From an uncultured Bacillota bacterium (GTDB lineage: Bacteria; Bacillota; Clostridia; Christensenellales; UBA1242), in the NCBI GenBank assembly GCA_900544595.1, contig UQVQ01000003.1, forward strand, positions 10,042 through 74,041: a DNA stretch of 64,000 bases, in the 5' to 3' direction. Below the pieces are notes generated by a model. It made no database searches and was not told where the DNA came from. It was given only the letters and a program-made list of their open reading frames with translations. The translations under genes and the position numbers were made by a program. This document shows positions 16,771 through 27,852 of this stretch, in pieces. Within the stretch, counting starts at the first letter, position 1. Every line of letters starts with the position of its first letter.

Positions 16771-18066
16771 CTATTTCAAAAAGCCTCTGTAATTCCTCAT
16801 CAAAAGTTGTGCTTCAAGTTGTTTATCAAATTCAAGTGCAACAGAAACAACAATCAAAAGTCCGGTTGCGCTGAATGCGCTAACTAATGTTGAATTTCCG
16901 CTTATTCCTTTGAAAACCAAACTTGGAACAAGATTGATGAATGCTAAGAAAATTGCTCCAAACAAAATAATTCTGTTTGAAATTTTTCTTAAATAATCGG
17001 ATGTTGGTTTGCCTGGTCTAATTCCAGGAATAAACCCACCATTTTGTTGAATTTGTTTTGAAATATCGTCTGGATTAAATGTAATTTGAGCATAGAAATA
17101 TGAGAAGAACAAAATCAAAAGCGAGGAAACAACGATGTATGGCCAAGAGCCCGTTCCCATCCATTGGTTATACCAAGCCATCGCATTTGAATTTGGCCAG
17201 AAAATGCTCATAATCATTTGTGGGAATGTTAAAAGCGCACTCGCAAAAATGATTGGCATAACCCCAGAACCGTTAACACGGATTGGGATGTTTGTGTTTT
17301 GTCCGCCATACATTTTTCTTCCCTTCATTTGTTTTGCATATTGAACAGGAACTCGACGTTCTGCTCCATCAACAAAAACAATTAAAGCAAAGATAACAAT
17401 TACGGCTGCAAGGAAGATTAGCAATGTCCAAAGACCGTTTAAATCTCCCTTTATGATTGATTGAACATTTGCAAGAATTGCCATTCCAGCTGAGGAAAGA
17501 ATACCAACAAAGATAAGAAGGGAAAGCCCGTTTCCAATTCCAAGCTCTGTTATTCTTTCGCCAAGCCAAACAGTGAACATTGCGCCCGCAACTAAAACAA
17601 GAACAACAACAATTGCAGTTGTCCATTGTGGCGCTCCGCCCCAAAGCATGTTTGCTTGAATAACATCACCAAAACCAACAACAATACCAATTGCTTGCGC
17701 AAGCGCTAAAATCAACGCTGCGATGCGAGTGTATCTTGAAAGTTTTTTTCTTCCTTCTTCGCCTTCCTTGCTAAGTCTTTGCCAACTTGGGATTGCAATT
17801 GAAAGAAGTTGGATGATGATTGAAGCACTGATGTATGGTGAAACACCAAGAGCCAAGAATGCTCCGTTTGCAAGCGATCCACCGTTGATTGAACTAAGCA
17901 ACGATAAGAAACTGTTTTCGCTTGTTATAACTTCAAATGCGCTTGTGTTGATTCCTGGAATAGGAAGCCAGCAACCAACTCTAAAAACTAAAAGCAAAAG
18001 AAGCGTTATTAAAATTTTAACGCGAACTTCTTTTGTTTTAAAACATTCAGCAATTCTTTTAAACAT
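16771..18066 (-). CDS. secY: Preprotein translocase subunit SecY
   Basis: 431 aa, about 10 TM segments, sits between rplO and adk. Contains LGVSPYISASIIIQLL. Confidence 0.97.
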   Translation of the reverse strand: MFKRIAECFKTKEVRVKILITLLLLLVFRVGCWLPIPGINTSAFEVITSENSFLSLLSSINGGSLANGAFLALGVSPYISASIIIQLLSIAIPSWQRLSKEGEEGRKKLSRYTRIAALILALAQAIGIVVGFGDVIQANMLWGGAPQWTTAIVVVLVLVAGAMFTVWLGERITELGIGNGLSLLIFVGILSSAGMAILANVQSIIKGDLNGLWTLLIFLAAVIVIFALIVFVDGAERRVPVQYAKQMKGRKMYGGQNTNIPIRVNGSGVMPIIFASALLTFPQMIMSIFWPNSNAMAWYNQWMGTGSWPYIVVSSLLILFFSYFYAQITFNPDDISKQIQQNGGFIPGIRPGKPTSDYLRKISNRIILFGAIFLAFINLVPSLVFKGISGNSTLVSAFSATGLLIVVSVALEFDKQLEAQLLMRNYRGFLK

Positions 18067-18512
18067 TAAATCACCTCTGCTTTTCCGCCAACTTTCTCAA
18101 TTTTTTCTTTAGCGGAAGCAGAGAATTTTTGTGCTTTAATTACGAGTGGTTTTGACAATTCCCCGTTGCCCAAAACTTTGAGACCGTATGGCATTATTTT
18201 CCCAATAACTCTGTTTTCATACAAGAATTCTTGAGTTATTTCTGTGTTCGCTTCGAATTTGTCTAAATCGCCAACATTAACAGTTGCATATTCCTTCGAG
18301 AAGTTTGCATTGTTAAATCCACGAATTTTCATTCTACGAATGAGTGGAAGTTGTCCACCTTCGAATCCAGGACGAACTCCTCCGCCACTTCTTGCGTTTT
18401 GTCCTTTATGTCCCTTTCCACTTGTTTTTCCAAGACCGCTTCCAATGCCTCTTCCAAGTCTCTTTTCTGAAAAGCGTGAATTAGGTGCTGGTTGTAAATT
18501 TTGTATATACAT
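18066..18512 (-). CDS. rplO: 50S ribosomal protein L15
   Basis: [40 protein letters not shown]. Confidence 0.97.
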   Translation of the reverse strand: MYIQNLQPAPNSRFSEKRLGRGIGSGLGKTSGKGHKGQNARSGGGVRPGFEGGQLPLIRRMKIRGFNNANFSKEYATVNVGDLDKFEANTEITQEFLYENRVIGKIMPYGLKVLGNGELSKPLVIKAQKFSASAKEKIEKVGGKAEVI

Positions 18513-18523
18513 TTTTGCCCTCC

Positions 18524-18718
18524 TTAAGCCTCTTCAACCGTAACTAAGTGTTTAACATGGAATAAACTTCCGCGAACACTGTCGTTATCTGGAAGAAGTT
18601 TTGTTTGGTTAAGTTTTGTAAGCCCCAATGCTTCAAGAATTTTAGCTTGTTTTTTGTTATAGCCAATAACACTTCTAACATAGGTAACTTTTAACATTTT
18701 TTGTTTCTTTTCTGCCAT
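18524..18718 (-). CDS. rpmD: 50S ribosomal protein L30
   Basis: [30 protein letters not shown]. Confidence 0.95.
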   Translation of the reverse strand: MAEKKQKMLKVTYVRSVIGYNKKQAKILEALGLTKLNQTKLLPDNDSVRGSLFHVKHLVTVEEA

Positions 18719-18728
18719 AATTCACCTC

Positions 18729-19337
18729 TTAAATTTCTTCAACAGACTTCCCGCGAGCAATTGCAACTTCTTCTTTTGTTCTAAGAGCTTCAAGACCTCT
18801 TAAAGTTGCTCTAACGCAGTTAATCTTGTTTGTTGAGCCATGAATTTTTGTAACAATATCTTTAACACCAGCAAGTTCCAAAACAGCACGTGTTCCGCCA
18901 CCTGCAATAACTCCGCAACCTTTCTTTGCTGGAAGCATCAAAACTTTGCTTGTGCCATATTTTCCAACAACTTCGTGAGGAATTGTTCCGTTAACAATAT
19001 TAATCTTTTTAAGGTTGTTTTTAGCTTGAAGAGTTGCTTTATCAATTGCAGCAGGAACTTCTTTAGCGCGTCCTGTTCCAATTCCAACTGTTCCTTTGCG
19101 GTCGCCAATAACAACAAGCGCGCTGAAACGCATTGTTCTTCCGCCTTTAACAACTTTAGTTACGCGGCGAACTGAAACAAGCGATTTATCATATTCGCTT
19201 TCTTCGCGTCTTCTTTCGCGTCTTTCGCCGTTTTTCTTATCGCGTTTAAAATCTTCGCGTCTTTTCTTTTCGTCTTTAACAACGTCTGCAACAACTTCTT
19301 GAGTTTCGACATTTTCATTTTTGATTTCTTCGTTCAT
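18729..19337 (-). CDS. rpsE: 30S ribosomal protein S5 (with a roughly 35-aa K/E/R-rich N-terminal extension)
   Basis: [40 protein letters not shown]. Confidence 0.96.
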   Translation of the reverse strand: MNEEIKNENVETQEVVADVVKDEKKRREDFKRDKKNGERRERRREESEYDKSLVSVRRVTKVVKGGRTMRFSALVVIGDRKGTVGIGTGRAKEVPAAIDKATLQAKNNLKKINIVNGTIPHEVVGKYGTSKVLMLPAKKGCGVIAGGGTRAVLELAGVKDIVTKIHGSTNKINCVRATLRGLEALRTKEEVAIARGKSVEEI

Positions 19338-19346
19338 AAATTCCTC

Positions 19347-19721
19347 CTAAAACTCCAAGCCAGCTTCTCTAGCACCATCGGCAAGAGCTTGAACTCTTCC
19401 TGTGTAAAGATAGCCGCCTCTGTCGAAAACAACAGCTTTAATTTTCTTCTTTAAAGCACGTTTTGCAAGGTTTTCACCAACAATTTTAGCTTGTTCTTTT
19501 CTGTTTTTGCCTTCAAAAACTTTCTTTGCAACAAGATCTTTATCAATTGTTGAGCAAGAAACTAATGTAACGCCTTTCTCATCATCGATGATTTGTGCGT
19601 AAATTCCATTAAGACTTCTGTAAACTGCAAGTCTTGGAGTTGCGCTTGTTCCGCAAACTTTATTTCTAATGCGGGCATGACGATTTTTTCTGATTTCGTT
19701 TTTATCTTGTTTGTTAATCAT
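19347..19721 (-). CDS. rplR: 50S ribosomal protein L18
   Basis: [34 protein letters not shown]...[26 protein letters not shown]. Confidence 0.97.
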   Translation of the reverse strand: MINKQDKNEIRKNRHARIRNKVCGTSATPRLAVYRSLNGIYAQIIDDEKGVTLVSCSTIDKDLVAKKVFEGKNRKEQAKIVGENLAKRALKKKIKAVVFDRGGYLYTGRVQALADGAREAGLEF

Positions 19722-19735
19722 ATTATTTTTGCTCC

Positions 19736-20281
19736 TTATTTCTTGCCTTTAGCAGCAGTTTTACCTTGTTTTCTGATAACAACTTCATCATCATATTTAA
19801 TTCCATAACCATGATATGGTTCAACAGGTCTGAAATCGCGAATGTTTGAAGCAAGTTGTCCGACTTTTTGTTTGTCAATTCCCGAAATTTTGATGTCGTT
19901 TGCTGTTGGGCATTCAATTTTGATGCCTTCTGGCTCAACAACTTCAATTAAATGGGAAAATCCCAAGTTTAAAACGAGTTTGTTTCCAACTTTACTTGCT
20001 TTATAACCAACTCCCTTGATTTGAAGGTTTTTGGAAAATCCTTCCTTAACGCCTTTAACCATGTTTGCGATTAAAGCTCTGTAAAGTCCGTGTTTTGCTT
20101 TAACTTCGTTTTCATCATTTGGTCTTGTCAAATGAATGATATTGTTTTCAATGTTAACGCTAACATCTGAAAAATCTTGTGTTAACGAACCCAAAGGTCC
20201 TTTAACTGTGATTTTATTTCCATCAAGTGATGCGCTAACTCCGTCTGGCATAACGATTGGATTTCTTCCTATTCTAGACAT
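19736..20281 (-). CDS. rplF: 50S ribosomal protein L6
   Basis: [15 protein letters not shown]... The ATG at 20281 follows GGAGGAGAGG; the track start at 20299 is TTG. Confidence 0.96.
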   Translation of the reverse strand: MSRIGRNPIVMPDGVSASLDGNKITVKGPLGSLTQDFSDVSVNIENNIIHLTRPNDENEVKAKHGLYRALIANMVKGVKEGFSKNLQIKGVGYKASKVGNKLVLNLGFSHLIEVVEPEGIKIECPTANDIKISGIDKQKVGQLASNIRDFRPVEPYHGYGIKYDDEVVIRKQGKTAAKGKK

Positions 20282-20292
20282 AACCTCTCCTC

Positions 20293-20691
20293 CTACCAAA
20301 CGTAAGCAAGAACTTCGCCGCCAACTTTAAGTTCTCTTGCTTGTTTGTCTGTTAAAATTCCTTTGTTTGTTGAGATGATTGCAATTCCCATTCCGCCAAT
20401 AACTTTAGGCAATTTATCAACACTTGCATAAACTCTAAGGCCTGGTTTTGAAATTCTCTTCAAACCATAGATAACGCTGTTTCCGTTGTTATCATATTTG
20501 ATTGCTATGTTAAGGTATTTAATCTTGTTTTCTTCAACTTTTTCATAAGATTTAATGTAACCTTCGTCAAGCAAAATCTTTGCAATTGCTTCCTTTTCTT
20601 TTGAAACAGGAACCAAAACGCTGTCGTGTTTTGCTGTTATAGCATTTCTAAGTCTTGTTAGCATATCTGCTATTGGATCCGTAACTACCAT
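20293..20691 (-). CDS. rpsH: 30S ribosomal protein S8
   Basis: [17 protein letters not shown]. The ATG at 20691 follows AAGGAGG. Confidence 0.96.
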   Translation of the reverse strand: MVVTDPIADMLTRLRNAITAKHDSVLVPVSKEKEAIAKILLDEGYIKSYEKVEENKIKYLNIAIKYDNNGNSVIYGLKRISKPGLRVYASVDKLPKVIGGMGIAIISTNKGILTDKQARELKVGGEVLAYVW

Positions 20692-20702
20692 ACTTTTCCT
20701 CC

Positions 20703-20888
20703 TTACCAACTAGCCTTTTTAACGCCAGGGATTTCTCCCTTGTTTGCTTTTTCGCGGAAGCAAACTCTGCAAAGACCATATTTTTTCAAAACAGAGTGTG
20801 GACGGCCACAAATTTCGCAACGGGTGTATTCACGAGTTGAGAATTTCTGTTTCTTTTGTTGTTTTTCAATTAAAGCTTTTTTTGCCAT
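20703..20888 (-). CDS. rpsN: 30S ribosomal protein S14, type Z (zinc-binding, 61 aa)
   Basis: [23 protein letters not shown]. Confidence 0.96.
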   Translation of the reverse strand: MAKKALIEKQQKKQKFSTREYTRCEICGRPHSVLKKYGLCRVCFREKANKGEIPGVKKASW

Positions 20889-20896
20889 ATTCCCTC

Positions 20897-21442
20897 CTAT
20901 CTATCCTTGAAAGGCATTCCAAGAGCCTCTAAAAGAGATAATGCCTCTGAATCCGACTTTGCAGTTGTTACGATCATAATGTCGAAACCTCTGATTTTTT
21001 CGATTTTGTCGTAGTTGATTTCTGGGAATATAAGTTGTTCTTTAATTCCAAGTGCATAGTTACCATGTCCGTCGAAAGATTTTCTTGAAACTCCTCTAAA
21101 ATCTCTAACTCTTGGAAGAGCGATTGAGATTAATTTATCAAGGAATTCATACATTCTGTCGCCACGAAGTGTAACTTTTGCGCCAATTTTCATGCCTTGT
21201 CTAACTTTGAAGTTAGAAATAGCTTTTTTAGCTTTTGTTGCAACTGGTTTTTGACCGGAAATAATTCCAAGTTCATCAATTGCAATTCCTAAGCTTTTTG
21301 AATTGTCCTTAACGTCGCCAAGTCCCATATTCAAAACAATTTTGTCAAGTTTTGGAACTTCGTTAACGTTTTTATAGCCGTGAAGCTTCATAAGTTCAGG
21401 AACAATCTCATTTTTATAGGTTTCTTTCATTCTGTTTGCCAT
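20897..21442 (-). CDS. rplE: 50S ribosomal protein L5
   Basis: [14 protein letters not shown]...[26 protein letters not shown]. Confidence 0.97.
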   Translation of the reverse strand: MANRMKETYKNEIVPELMKLHGYKNVNEVPKLDKIVLNMGLGDVKDNSKSLGIAIDELGIISGQKPVATKAKKAISNFKVRQGMKIGAKVTLRGDRMYEFLDKLISIALPRVRDFRGVSRKSFDGHGNYALGIKEQLIFPEINYDKIEKIRGFDIMIVTTAKSDSEALSLLEALGMPFKDR

Positions 21443-21453
21443 TGTTTTCCTCC

Positions 21454-21891
21454 TTACTCTGCTTTCTTAGCTTTTGCAGATGATTTAGCTGCAGGTTTTG
21501 CAGGTTTTTCTGCCGACTTTTCTTCTGTTTTTGCTGTTTTAGCAGCTGCTTTTGCATCTTTTTTAACTGCTTTTGCATGTTCTTTATCTAAACTTGCTCC
21601 GCATTTTTTGCAAACTCTAACCTTTTTGCCTTCAATGTCTTTATGTGCAACTCTTGTTGCTTTATCGCAATTTGGGCAAACAACCATAACATTTGAAGAA
21701 TCGATTGGGTTTGTTTGTTTGATAATTCCGCCCTTATCTTGAGCAGAACGAGGTTTTTTGTGTTTTGAAACAACGTTAACGCCTTCAACAACAACTTTTA
21801 AAGATTTTGGAGAAGTTTCAACAACTTTCCCTTTCTTTCCTTTGTCTTTTCCAGCAATAACAACAACGTTGTCGCCTTTTTTAATTTCCAT
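21454..21891 (-). CDS. rplX: 50S ribosomal protein L24, atypical form with CxxC...CxxC and an Ala/Lys-rich C-terminal tail
   Basis: [23 protein letters not shown] (KOW), then [34 protein letters not shown], then the tail [39 protein letters not shown]. Confidence 0.95.
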   Translation of the reverse strand: MEIKKGDNVVVIAGKDKGKKGKVVETSPKSLKVVVEGVNVVSKHKKPRSAQDKGGIIKQTNPIDSSNVMVVCPNCDKATRVAHKDIEGKKVRVCKKCGASLDKEHAKAVKKDAKAAAKTAKTEEKSAEKPAKPAAKSSAKAKKAE

Positions 21892-21903
21892 ATCGACTTC
21901 CTC

Positions 21904-22272
21904 CTATAATACTTCTGGCGCAAGCGAAATAATCTTCATATAGTTTTTATCACGAAGTTCTCTCGCAATAGGCCCGAAAATACGTGTTCCTTTTGGTTGT
22001 TTTTGATTGTCGATGATAACTGCTGCATTGTCGTCAAAACGAATGTGAGTTCCGTCTGGTCTTCTAAGACCTTTTGAAGTTCTAACAATAACTGCTTTAA
22101 CAACATCACCTTTCTTAACAACTCCGCCTGGAATTGCAGATTTAACTGATGCAACAATAACATCGCCGATGTTCCCGCTACGTCTGTAAGACCCGCCGAG
22201 AACACGAATACACATGATTTGTTTAGCGCCTGTGTTATCGGCAACTTTTAATCTTGTTTGTGGTTGAACCAT
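21904..22272 (-). CDS. rplN: 50S ribosomal protein L14
   Basis: [28 protein letters not shown]. Confidence 0.97.
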   Translation of the reverse strand: MVQPQTRLKVADNTGAKQIMCIRVLGGSYRRSGNIGDVIVASVKSAIPGGVVKKGDVVKAVIVRTSKGLRRPDGTHIRFDDNAAVIIDNQKQPKGTRIFGPIARELRDKNYMKIISLAPEVL

Positions 22273-22283
22273 TTTTCTACCTC

Positions 22284-22550
22284 CTACTTCGCTTTCTCAA
22301 CGATTCTGACTAAACGGTTATATTTGTCTTTGCTTAATGGACGAGTTTCCATAATTTCAACAGTGTCGCCCATTCCGCAAACGTTTTCTTCATCGTGAAC
22401 TTTATATTTTTTTGTGCTTTTAACAACTTTCTTATAAATTGGGTGCTTTTTGTTTTCAACAACTGCAACAACAACGGTTTTGTTCATTTTTCCAGCACTA
22501 ACAACAACACCTTGTTTTGTTGGTCTGCTATTTCTGATTTCTTTTTCCAT
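22284..22550 (-). CDS. rpsQ: 30S ribosomal protein S17
   Basis: [41 protein letters not shown]. Confidence 0.96.
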   Translation of the reverse strand: MEKEIRNSRPTKQGVVVSAGKMNKTVVVAVVENKKHPIYKKVVKSTKKYKVHDEENVCGMGDTVEIMETRPLSKDKYNRLVRIVEKAK

Positions 22551-22561
22551 ATTGTTTCTCC

Positions 22562-22765
22562 TTACCCATTAACCTTTTTAATTTCTCTTTCGCGAATTAT
22601 TGTTTTAACTCTTGCAATGTCTTTCTTCAAGTTATGAAGTTGCATTGGGTTTGTTAAATTTCCTGTTGCGTGGGAGAATCTTAAGTTAAAAAGTTCAGTT
22701 TTTAATTCTTGTTCTTTAGCAATCAATTCTTCTGTTGTTAAGTTTTTGATGTCACTTATTTTCAT
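22562..22765 (-). CDS. rpmC: 50S ribosomal protein L29
   Basis: [21 protein letters not shown]. Confidence 0.95.
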   Translation of the reverse strand: MKISDIKNLTTEELIAKEQELKTELFNLRFSHATGNLTNPMQLHNLKKDIARVKTIIREREIKKVNG

Positions 22766-23202
22766 ACAGCACCACCTTCTGTTGTTATGGTTTCGTCCTG
22801 CTTCTTAATGATTTTGGTTTTGCATGGAAGTTTGTGTGACCCAAGTCTTAAAGCTTCTCTTGCAACTGCTTCTGGAACCCCAGCAATTTCAAAAAGAATT
22901 CTTCCTGGTTTAACAACTGCAACCCAGAATTCTGGAGATCCTTTTCCGCTTCCCATTCTTGTTTCAGCAGGTTTTTTTGTTACAGGTTTGTCTGGGAAAA
23001 TTTTAATCCAAACTTGCCCGCCTCTTTTTGTGTAACGTGTTATAGCAATACGAGCTGCTTCAATTTGATTTGATTTGATCCAACAAGGTTCTGTTGCAAC
23101 GAGTCCTAATTCGCCATAAGCAAGTTTGTTTCCTCTTGTTGCAACGCCTGTCATTCTGCCTCTATGAACACGTCTTCTTTTAACTCTTTTAGGCATTAAC
23201 AT
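22762..23202 (-). CDS. rplP: 50S ribosomal protein L16
   Basis: [19 protein letters not shown]. Confidence 0.97.
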   Translation of the reverse strand: MLMPKRVKRRRVHRGRMTGVATRGNKLAYGELGLVATEPCWIKSNQIEAARIAITRYTKRGGQVWIKIFPDKPVTKKPAETRMGSGKGSPEFWVAVVKPGRILFEIAGVPEAVAREALRLGSHKLPCKTKIIKKQDETITTEGGAV

Positions 23203-23870
23203 TAGTTCATACCTCCTTTGTTTTCAGCGGATTTTTTTCCAAGGATTTCGCCTTTATAAATCCAGCATTTAACTCCAAGCTTTCCATAGTTAGTGAATGC
23301 CGAAGCAACACCATAGTCTATGTCTGCTCTTAAAGTGTGGAGTGGAAGAGAACCTTCCATATAGTTTTCGGTTCTAGCAATTGTGTTAGCACCGTCAACA
23401 ACTCCGCTAACTTGAACTTTACATCCTTTTGCGCCTGCTTTCATAACGCGTTGAATTGCTTGTTTCAAAGCTCTTCTGAATGCAACACGTTTTTCAAGTT
23501 GGCTTGCAATTCCTTCTGCAACTAAAACTGCATCAAGGTCTGGTTTTTTAACTTCTTTAACATTAACGAAAAGAGTTTTTGCTCCAACCATTTTTGAAAG
23601 TTCTTTTTTAATTTCTTCAACGCCTGCGCCTTTTGTTCCAATGAGCATACCTGGGCGTCCGGTGTTAAGTGTTACAACAACTTTTGTTGCTGTTCTTTCA
23701 ATGTCGATGCTTGAAATTGCAGCGTTGCTATATTTTTTCTTAATAAAAGTTCTGATATTATCGTCTTCTTTGATGTATTTAGCAAAATCTTTTTTGTTTG
23801 CATACCAAGAAGATTGCCAACCTTTATTAACTCCAATTCTAAGTCCAACTGGACTAACTTTTTGTCCCAT
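23202..23870 (-). CDS. rpsC: 30S ribosomal protein S3
   Basis: [24 protein letters not shown]. Confidence 0.97.
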   Translation of the reverse strand: MGQKVSPVGLRIGVNKGWQSSWYANKKDFAKYIKEDDNIRTFIKKKYSNAAISSIDIERTATKVVVTLNTGRPGMLIGTKGAGVEEIKKELSKMVGAKTLFVNVKEVKKPDLDAVLVAEGIASQLEKRVAFRRALKQAIQRVMKAGAKGCKVQVSGVVDGANTIARTENYMEGSLPLHTLRADIDYGVASAFTNYGKLGVKCWIYKGEILGKKSAENKGGMN

Positions 23871-23879
23871 CTTGCCCTC

Positions 23880-24266
23880 CTATTCTCTACTGTCAAGCAC
23901 AATTGTTATGTGGCTTGTTCTTTTTAACATTCTGTCTGCTCTGCCTCTTGCGCGGATGTTCAATCTTTTCATTGTTGGTCCTGGGCAAGCATATGCTTCT
24001 GCAACATAAAGGTCTGCTCTGTTCATTCCTTTATTGTTTTCAGCATTAGCAATTGCAGATTTAAGGAGTTTTGCGCATTCAGCTGCTGCGGATTGAGGAG
24101 AATTTTCCAAAATAGCAAGAGCTGTTTCTGCGTTTTTGCCTCTAACTAAGTCAAGAACAATTCTAACTTTAGATGGGCTCATACGAACATATTTAACCTT
24201 TGCATAAGGGCGATTGTCTTTGTTTGCCTTTCTTGCTTCGGCTTTTTCTCTAATTCTTGTTGCCAT
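23880..24266 (-). CDS. rplV: 50S ribosomal protein L22
   Basis: YVRMSPSKVRIVLDLVRGKNAETALAIL. Confidence 0.96.
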   Translation of the reverse strand: MATRIREKAEARKANKDNRPYAKVKYVRMSPSKVRIVLDLVRGKNAETALAILENSPQSAAAECAKLLKSAIANAENNKGMNRADLYVAEAYACPGPTMKRLNIRARGRADRMLKRTSHITIVLDSRE

Positions 24267-24277
24267 TTTTTATCCTC

Positions 24278-24580
24278 CTAATTCTTTGCCTTCATTGCAG
24301 CAACTTTGCCGCCCGACTTTTTGTCTCCTGCGTGACCTTTGAAGGTTCTTGTTGGAGCAAACTCACCAAGTTTGTGTCCAATCATTTCTGCTGTGCAATA
24401 GACAGGAACATGTTTTTTTCCGTTGTAAACAGCAAATGTTGTTCCAACAAATTCTGGGTAGATAACTGATGATCTAGACCATGTTTTAATTGGTTTTTTA
24501 TTGCCTGATGCGTTGTTTTCTTCAACTCTTTTCATAAGTCTGTCAAACACATAAGGTTGTTTCTTTAACGATCTGCTCAT
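24278..24580 (-). CDS. rpsS: 30S ribosomal protein S19
   Basis: [15 protein letters not shown]...[16 protein letters not shown]. Confidence 0.97.
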   Translation of the reverse strand: MSRSLKKQPYVFDRLMKRVEENNASGNKKPIKTWSRSSVIYPEFVGTTFAVYNGKKHVPVYCTAEMIGHKLGEFAPTRTFKGHAGDKKSGGKVAAMKAKN

Positions 24581-24589
24581 ATTCCTCTC

Positions 24590-25417
24590 CTATTTCTTCC
24601 TCTTAACAATTAACTTGTTAGAAGCTTTATTTTTCTTTCTTGTTCTAAGTCCAAGAGCTGGTTTACCCCATGGAGTAACTGGCGAAGCCATACCAACAGG
24701 GCTCTTACCTTCACCACCGCCGTGTGGGTGGTCATTAGGGTTCATAACAACACCACGAACGGATGGACGAACTCCCATATGTCTTTTTCTTCCTGCTTTA
24801 CCAAGAGAAACAAGTTCGTGGTCTAAATTTCCAACTTGACCAACTGTTGCTTTACATCTTGTTAAAACTTTTCTCATTTCGCCGCTTGGCATTCTAAGGG
24901 TTGCATATTTGCCTTCCTTAGCCATAAGTTGAACTTCTGCTCCTGCGCTTCTTGCAAGTTGTCCACCCTTTCCTGGTTGAAGTTCAATGTTATGAACAAC
25001 AGCACCAACTGGGATGTTTTCAAGTGGAAGAGCGTTTCCAACTTTGATTTCTGCGTTTTCGCCGGACATAACAATGTCGCCAACATTAAGTCCAATTGGA
25101 GCTAAGATATATCTCTTTTCTCCGTCTGCGTAAACTAAAAGTGCAATGTATGCTGTTCTGTTTGGGTCGTATTCAATTGTTGCAACTTTTGCAGGGATTC
25201 CATCTTTATTTCTTTTGAAATCGATGATTCTATATTTTTTTCTGTTTCCTCCGCCGATGTGACGAACGGTTATTTTTCCTTGTGCGTTTCTTCCCGCTGT
25301 TTTTTTGATTTTAGCAAGCAAACTTTTTTCTGGTTTGTCTGTTGTTACCTCTTCAAAGGTTGCAGAAGAGTAAAATCTGCGGCCAGCACTTGTTGGATTA
25401 CTTTTCTTAATAGCCAT
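24590..25417 (-). CDS. rplB: 50S ribosomal protein L2
   Basis: [15 protein letters not shown]...[16 protein letters not shown]. Confidence 0.98.
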   Translation of the reverse strand: MAIKKSNPTSAGRRFYSSATFEEVTTDKPEKSLLAKIKKTAGRNAQGKITVRHIGGGNRKKYRIIDFKRNKDGIPAKVATIEYDPNRTAYIALLVYADGEKRYILAPIGLNVGDIVMSGENAEIKVGNALPLENIPVGAVVHNIELQPGKGGQLARSAGAEVQLMAKEGKYATLRMPSGEMRKVLTRCKATVGQVGNLDHELVSLGKAGRKRHMGVRPSVRGVVMNPNDHPHGGGEGKSPVGMASPVTPWGKPALGLRTRKKNKASNKLIVKRKK

Positions 25418-25439
25418 ATCTTTATTCTCCTTTTAAACC

Positions 25440-25742
25440 TTAAGATAAACTTTCGAAGAATGCAATTGGTTTTGAATCTTTTGTTAATGTGACAATTGCT
25501 TTTTTATAGTCACTTGTTCTTCCAACTGTTCTTCCTTTCTTTGTGTTTTGGGCTTTTTCGTGTCCCTTAACATTTAATGTGTTAACTTTTTCAACTTTAA
25601 CATTAAAAATTTGTTCAACAGCATTTCTAATGTCAATTTTTGTTGCGTTTTTGTCAACAATAAATGTGTAGATTTTATCGCTAATCTTTGCATAACTCTT
25701 TTCTGATAAAAGAGGTTTTTTAATGATGTCGTATGCGTTCAT
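25440..25742 (-). CDS. rplW: 50S ribosomal protein L23
   Basis: IIKKPLLSEKSY...IRNAVEQIFNVKVEKVNTLNV. Confidence 0.96.
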   Translation of the reverse strand: MNAYDIIKKPLLSEKSYAKISDKIYTFIVDKNATKIDIRNAVEQIFNVKVEKVNTLNVKGHEKAQNTKKGRTVGRTSDYKKAIVTLTKDSKPIAFFESLS

Positions 25743-26368
25743 TAGTTATATGCCTCCTCTAATGATTTAACAGCATCTTTTGTCATAACAACTTTGTTAT
25801 TTGCAACAACATCATATGTTGACAAAAGTTCTGCAATTTGAATTTGAACATTTTGAAGGTTGCCTGCTGCTCTAAGTGCATCTGCATTTTTCTCATCTGT
25901 TACAATAACAACAGATTTGTTTAATCCAAATGCGTTCAAGAACTTAACAACTTCTTTGGTTTTTGGTTCTGCAAGTTTGAATTCGTCGATGAAAACAATT
26001 TCGTTTTGTCTAAGCTTTTCGCTCATTGCAGAAGCAAATGCAATTTTCTTAACTTGTTTATTAAGTTTCTTTGAGAAATCGCGTGGCTTTGGAGCAAAAA
26101 CAACTCCGCCGCCTTTATATTCTGGCGATTTTGTTGAACCATGTCTTGCACGTCCTGTGTGTTTTTGTCTGTATGGTTTCTTTGCGTGTCCTCTAACTTC
26201 ACTTCTTGTTAAAGTTGATTTTGTTCCTTGACGTTGGTTTGCGTTATATGCAACAACAACTTCGTGAATTAAAGGTTCGTTATAGTCAGCTGCGAAAAGG
26301 TTGTCTGAAAGATTCAATGTGCCAACTTCTTCGGCGTTCATATTATAAAGTTTAGATTTAGTTGCCAT
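25742..26368 (-). CDS. rplD: 50S ribosomal protein L4
   Basis: QRQGTKSTLTRSEVRGHAKKPYRQKHTGRARHGS. Confidence 0.97.
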   Translation of the reverse strand: MATKSKLYNMNAEEVGTLNLSDNLFAADYNEPLIHEVVVAYNANQRQGTKSTLTRSEVRGHAKKPYRQKHTGRARHGSTKSPEYKGGGVVFAPKPRDFSKKLNKQVKKIAFASAMSEKLRQNEIVFIDEFKLAEPKTKEVVKFLNAFGLNKSVVIVTDEKNADALRAAGNLQNVQIQIAELLSTYDVVANNKVVMTKDAVKSLEEAYN

Positions 26369-26376
26369 ATTTCCTC

Positions 26377-27009
26377 CTATCTTTTAACCGCTTCTTTGAT
26401 TGTTACGATTGAACCTTTTGGCCCTGGAAGGCAGCCTTTAACTAAAAGAATGTTTCTTTCAGCGTCAACCTTAACAATTTCAAGATTTTGGATTGTAACA
26501 CTTTCTGAGCCGTAGTGTCCTGGCATTTTCTTGTTTTTGAAAACTCTTGATGGAGTGCTGTTAGCGCCCATTGAACCAACTTCTCTGTGGACAGGGCCAA
26601 CACCGTGTGTCATTTTTAATCTGTGTGCGTTCCATCTTTGAATGTTTCCTGTGAATCCGCGTCCGCGAGTTGTTCCAGAAACATCAACTATGTCGCTTTC
26701 TGCGAAAATGTCTGCTTTAATTTCTTTTCCAATTTCATAGTCCGCAGTGTTTTCAAAACGGAATTCTCTAAGGATTTTTGAAGGAGCAACATTTGCTTTT
26801 TTCAAAACTCCAAGTTGAGGTTTGTTTAATCTGTTTTCTTTTGTTTGGTCGAAAGCAACAACAAGTGCTTCATAACCATCTTTTTCGTTTGTTTTCTTTT
26901 GAACAACATAGCATGGGCCAGCTTCAACAACTGTAACTGGAATAACTAAACCGTCAGGCGTGAAGATTTGGGTCATGCCAAGTTTTTTACCTAAGATTGC
27001 TTTTTTCAT
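26377..27009 (-). CDS. rplC: 50S ribosomal protein L3
   Basis: [16 protein letters not shown]...[16 protein letters not shown]. Confidence 0.97.
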   Translation of the reverse strand: MKKAILGKKLGMTQIFTPDGLVIPVTVVEAGPCYVVQKKTNEKDGYEALVVAFDQTKENRLNKPQLGVLKKANVAPSKILREFRFENTADYEIGKEIKADIFAESDIVDVSGTTRGRGFTGNIQRWNAHRLKMTHGVGPVHREVGSMGANSTPSRVFKNKKMPGHYGSESVTIQNLEIVKVDAERNILLVKGCLPGPKGSIVTIKEAVKR

Positions 27010-27023
27010 TCTATCTTCTCTCC

Positions 27024-27332
27024 TTATAGCTTAATTTTTACATCAACACCAGCAGGCAAATCCAATCTCATAAGAGAATCAACTGCTTTTTGTGTTGGAC
27101 TGTAAATGTCAATCATTCTTTTGTGTGTTCTGCATTCAAATTGTTCACGGCTGTCTTTATCTTTGTGTGGTGAACGAATGATTGTTACCACTTCTTTATC
27201 TGTTGGAAGTGGGATTGGCCCTGCGACTTTTGAACCATTTTTATTTGCTGTTTCAATGATTTTAGCGCAAGCTAAGTCAAGCAAAACGTGGTCATAGGCC
27301 TTTAATTTAATTCTGATTTTTTGCGATGCCAT
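27024..27332 (-). CDS. rpsJ: 30S ribosomal protein S10
   Basis: [15 protein letters not shown]...[26 protein letters not shown]. Confidence 0.97.
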   Translation of the reverse strand: MASQKIRIKLKAYDHVLLDLACAKIIETANKNGSKVAGPIPLPTDKEVVTIIRSPHKDKDSREQFECRTHKRMIDIYSPTQKAVDSLMRLDLPAGVDVKIKL

Positions 27333-27632
27333 TATTTTTCCTCCTGTCTAAAACTATTTTAATCCCCCTTTTGCAACCGCTTTGGAATTGCCATTTCTAA
27401 AAACATAAACGCCGCAAAAAAACAGTTTCAACCAAGTGTTGACTTATTTTTTAATGCGGTTAAAGGTTTCCTTCAACAACTATTCCGTGTGTGTCGCGCT
27501 TGTGACCAAAAAAAATTAGCTTTTTGCGGGGGCGCTTTAATCGATGTTAAAACTTGTCGATGTGAATTCTCTTGCAGTGAGCGCTCGCATAGCTCAAAGA
27601 AGTAACCTCACATGTCATTCCCTGTCTCAAGC
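27333..27632 (-). promoter_or_regulatory. About 300-nt GC-enriched 5' leader of the S10 operon (candidate autoregulatory leader or attenuator)
   Basis: It lies between the predicted promoter (27639-27667) and the rpsJ ATG. It contains a GTTGAAGG-AAA-CCTTTAAC hairpin, long-range CCGCAAAAA / TTTTTGCGG complementarity and several T-runs. Confidence 0.4.
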
Positions 27633-27638
27633 GTGATA

Positions 27639-27667
27639 ATAATACAATAAAAAAACTTTCTTGTCAA
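27639..27667 (-). promoter_or_regulatory. Promoter of the S10-spc-alpha supercluster
   Basis: On the minus strand: TTGACA, 17 nt, TATTAT. Confidence 0.65.
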
Positions 27668-27795
27668 CTGTTTTTCAAAACTTTTTTCGTTTTCTTTTTT
27701 ATCAATTTTTTTCGCCAAAATCCCCTATTATCAATAATGAATATATAATACAAAAGTATGTAAGAAAAATATAAGAAAAATTTTAGAATTTGCTA

Positions 27796-27824
27796 TTGAC
27801 AAATAAATTCAAGCAAGTTATAAT
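27796..27824 (+). promoter_or_regulatory. Promoter of the 540-aa membrane protein gene
   Basis: TTGACA, 17 nt, TATAAT (consensus). Confidence 0.7.
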
Positions 27825-27852
27825 AAGTCGAAATTAAAAAAGGGGTTTAAAA

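Noticed and set aside
21380-21742. 120-aa plus-strand ORF (..[25 protein letters not shown]..), and many similar 60-140-aa ORFs antisense to ribosomal protein, secY, era, clpC and ileS genes.
   Set aside because: They are mirror frames of highly conserved genes. Their low-complexity products reflect the codon bias of the true strand, and they have no RBS.
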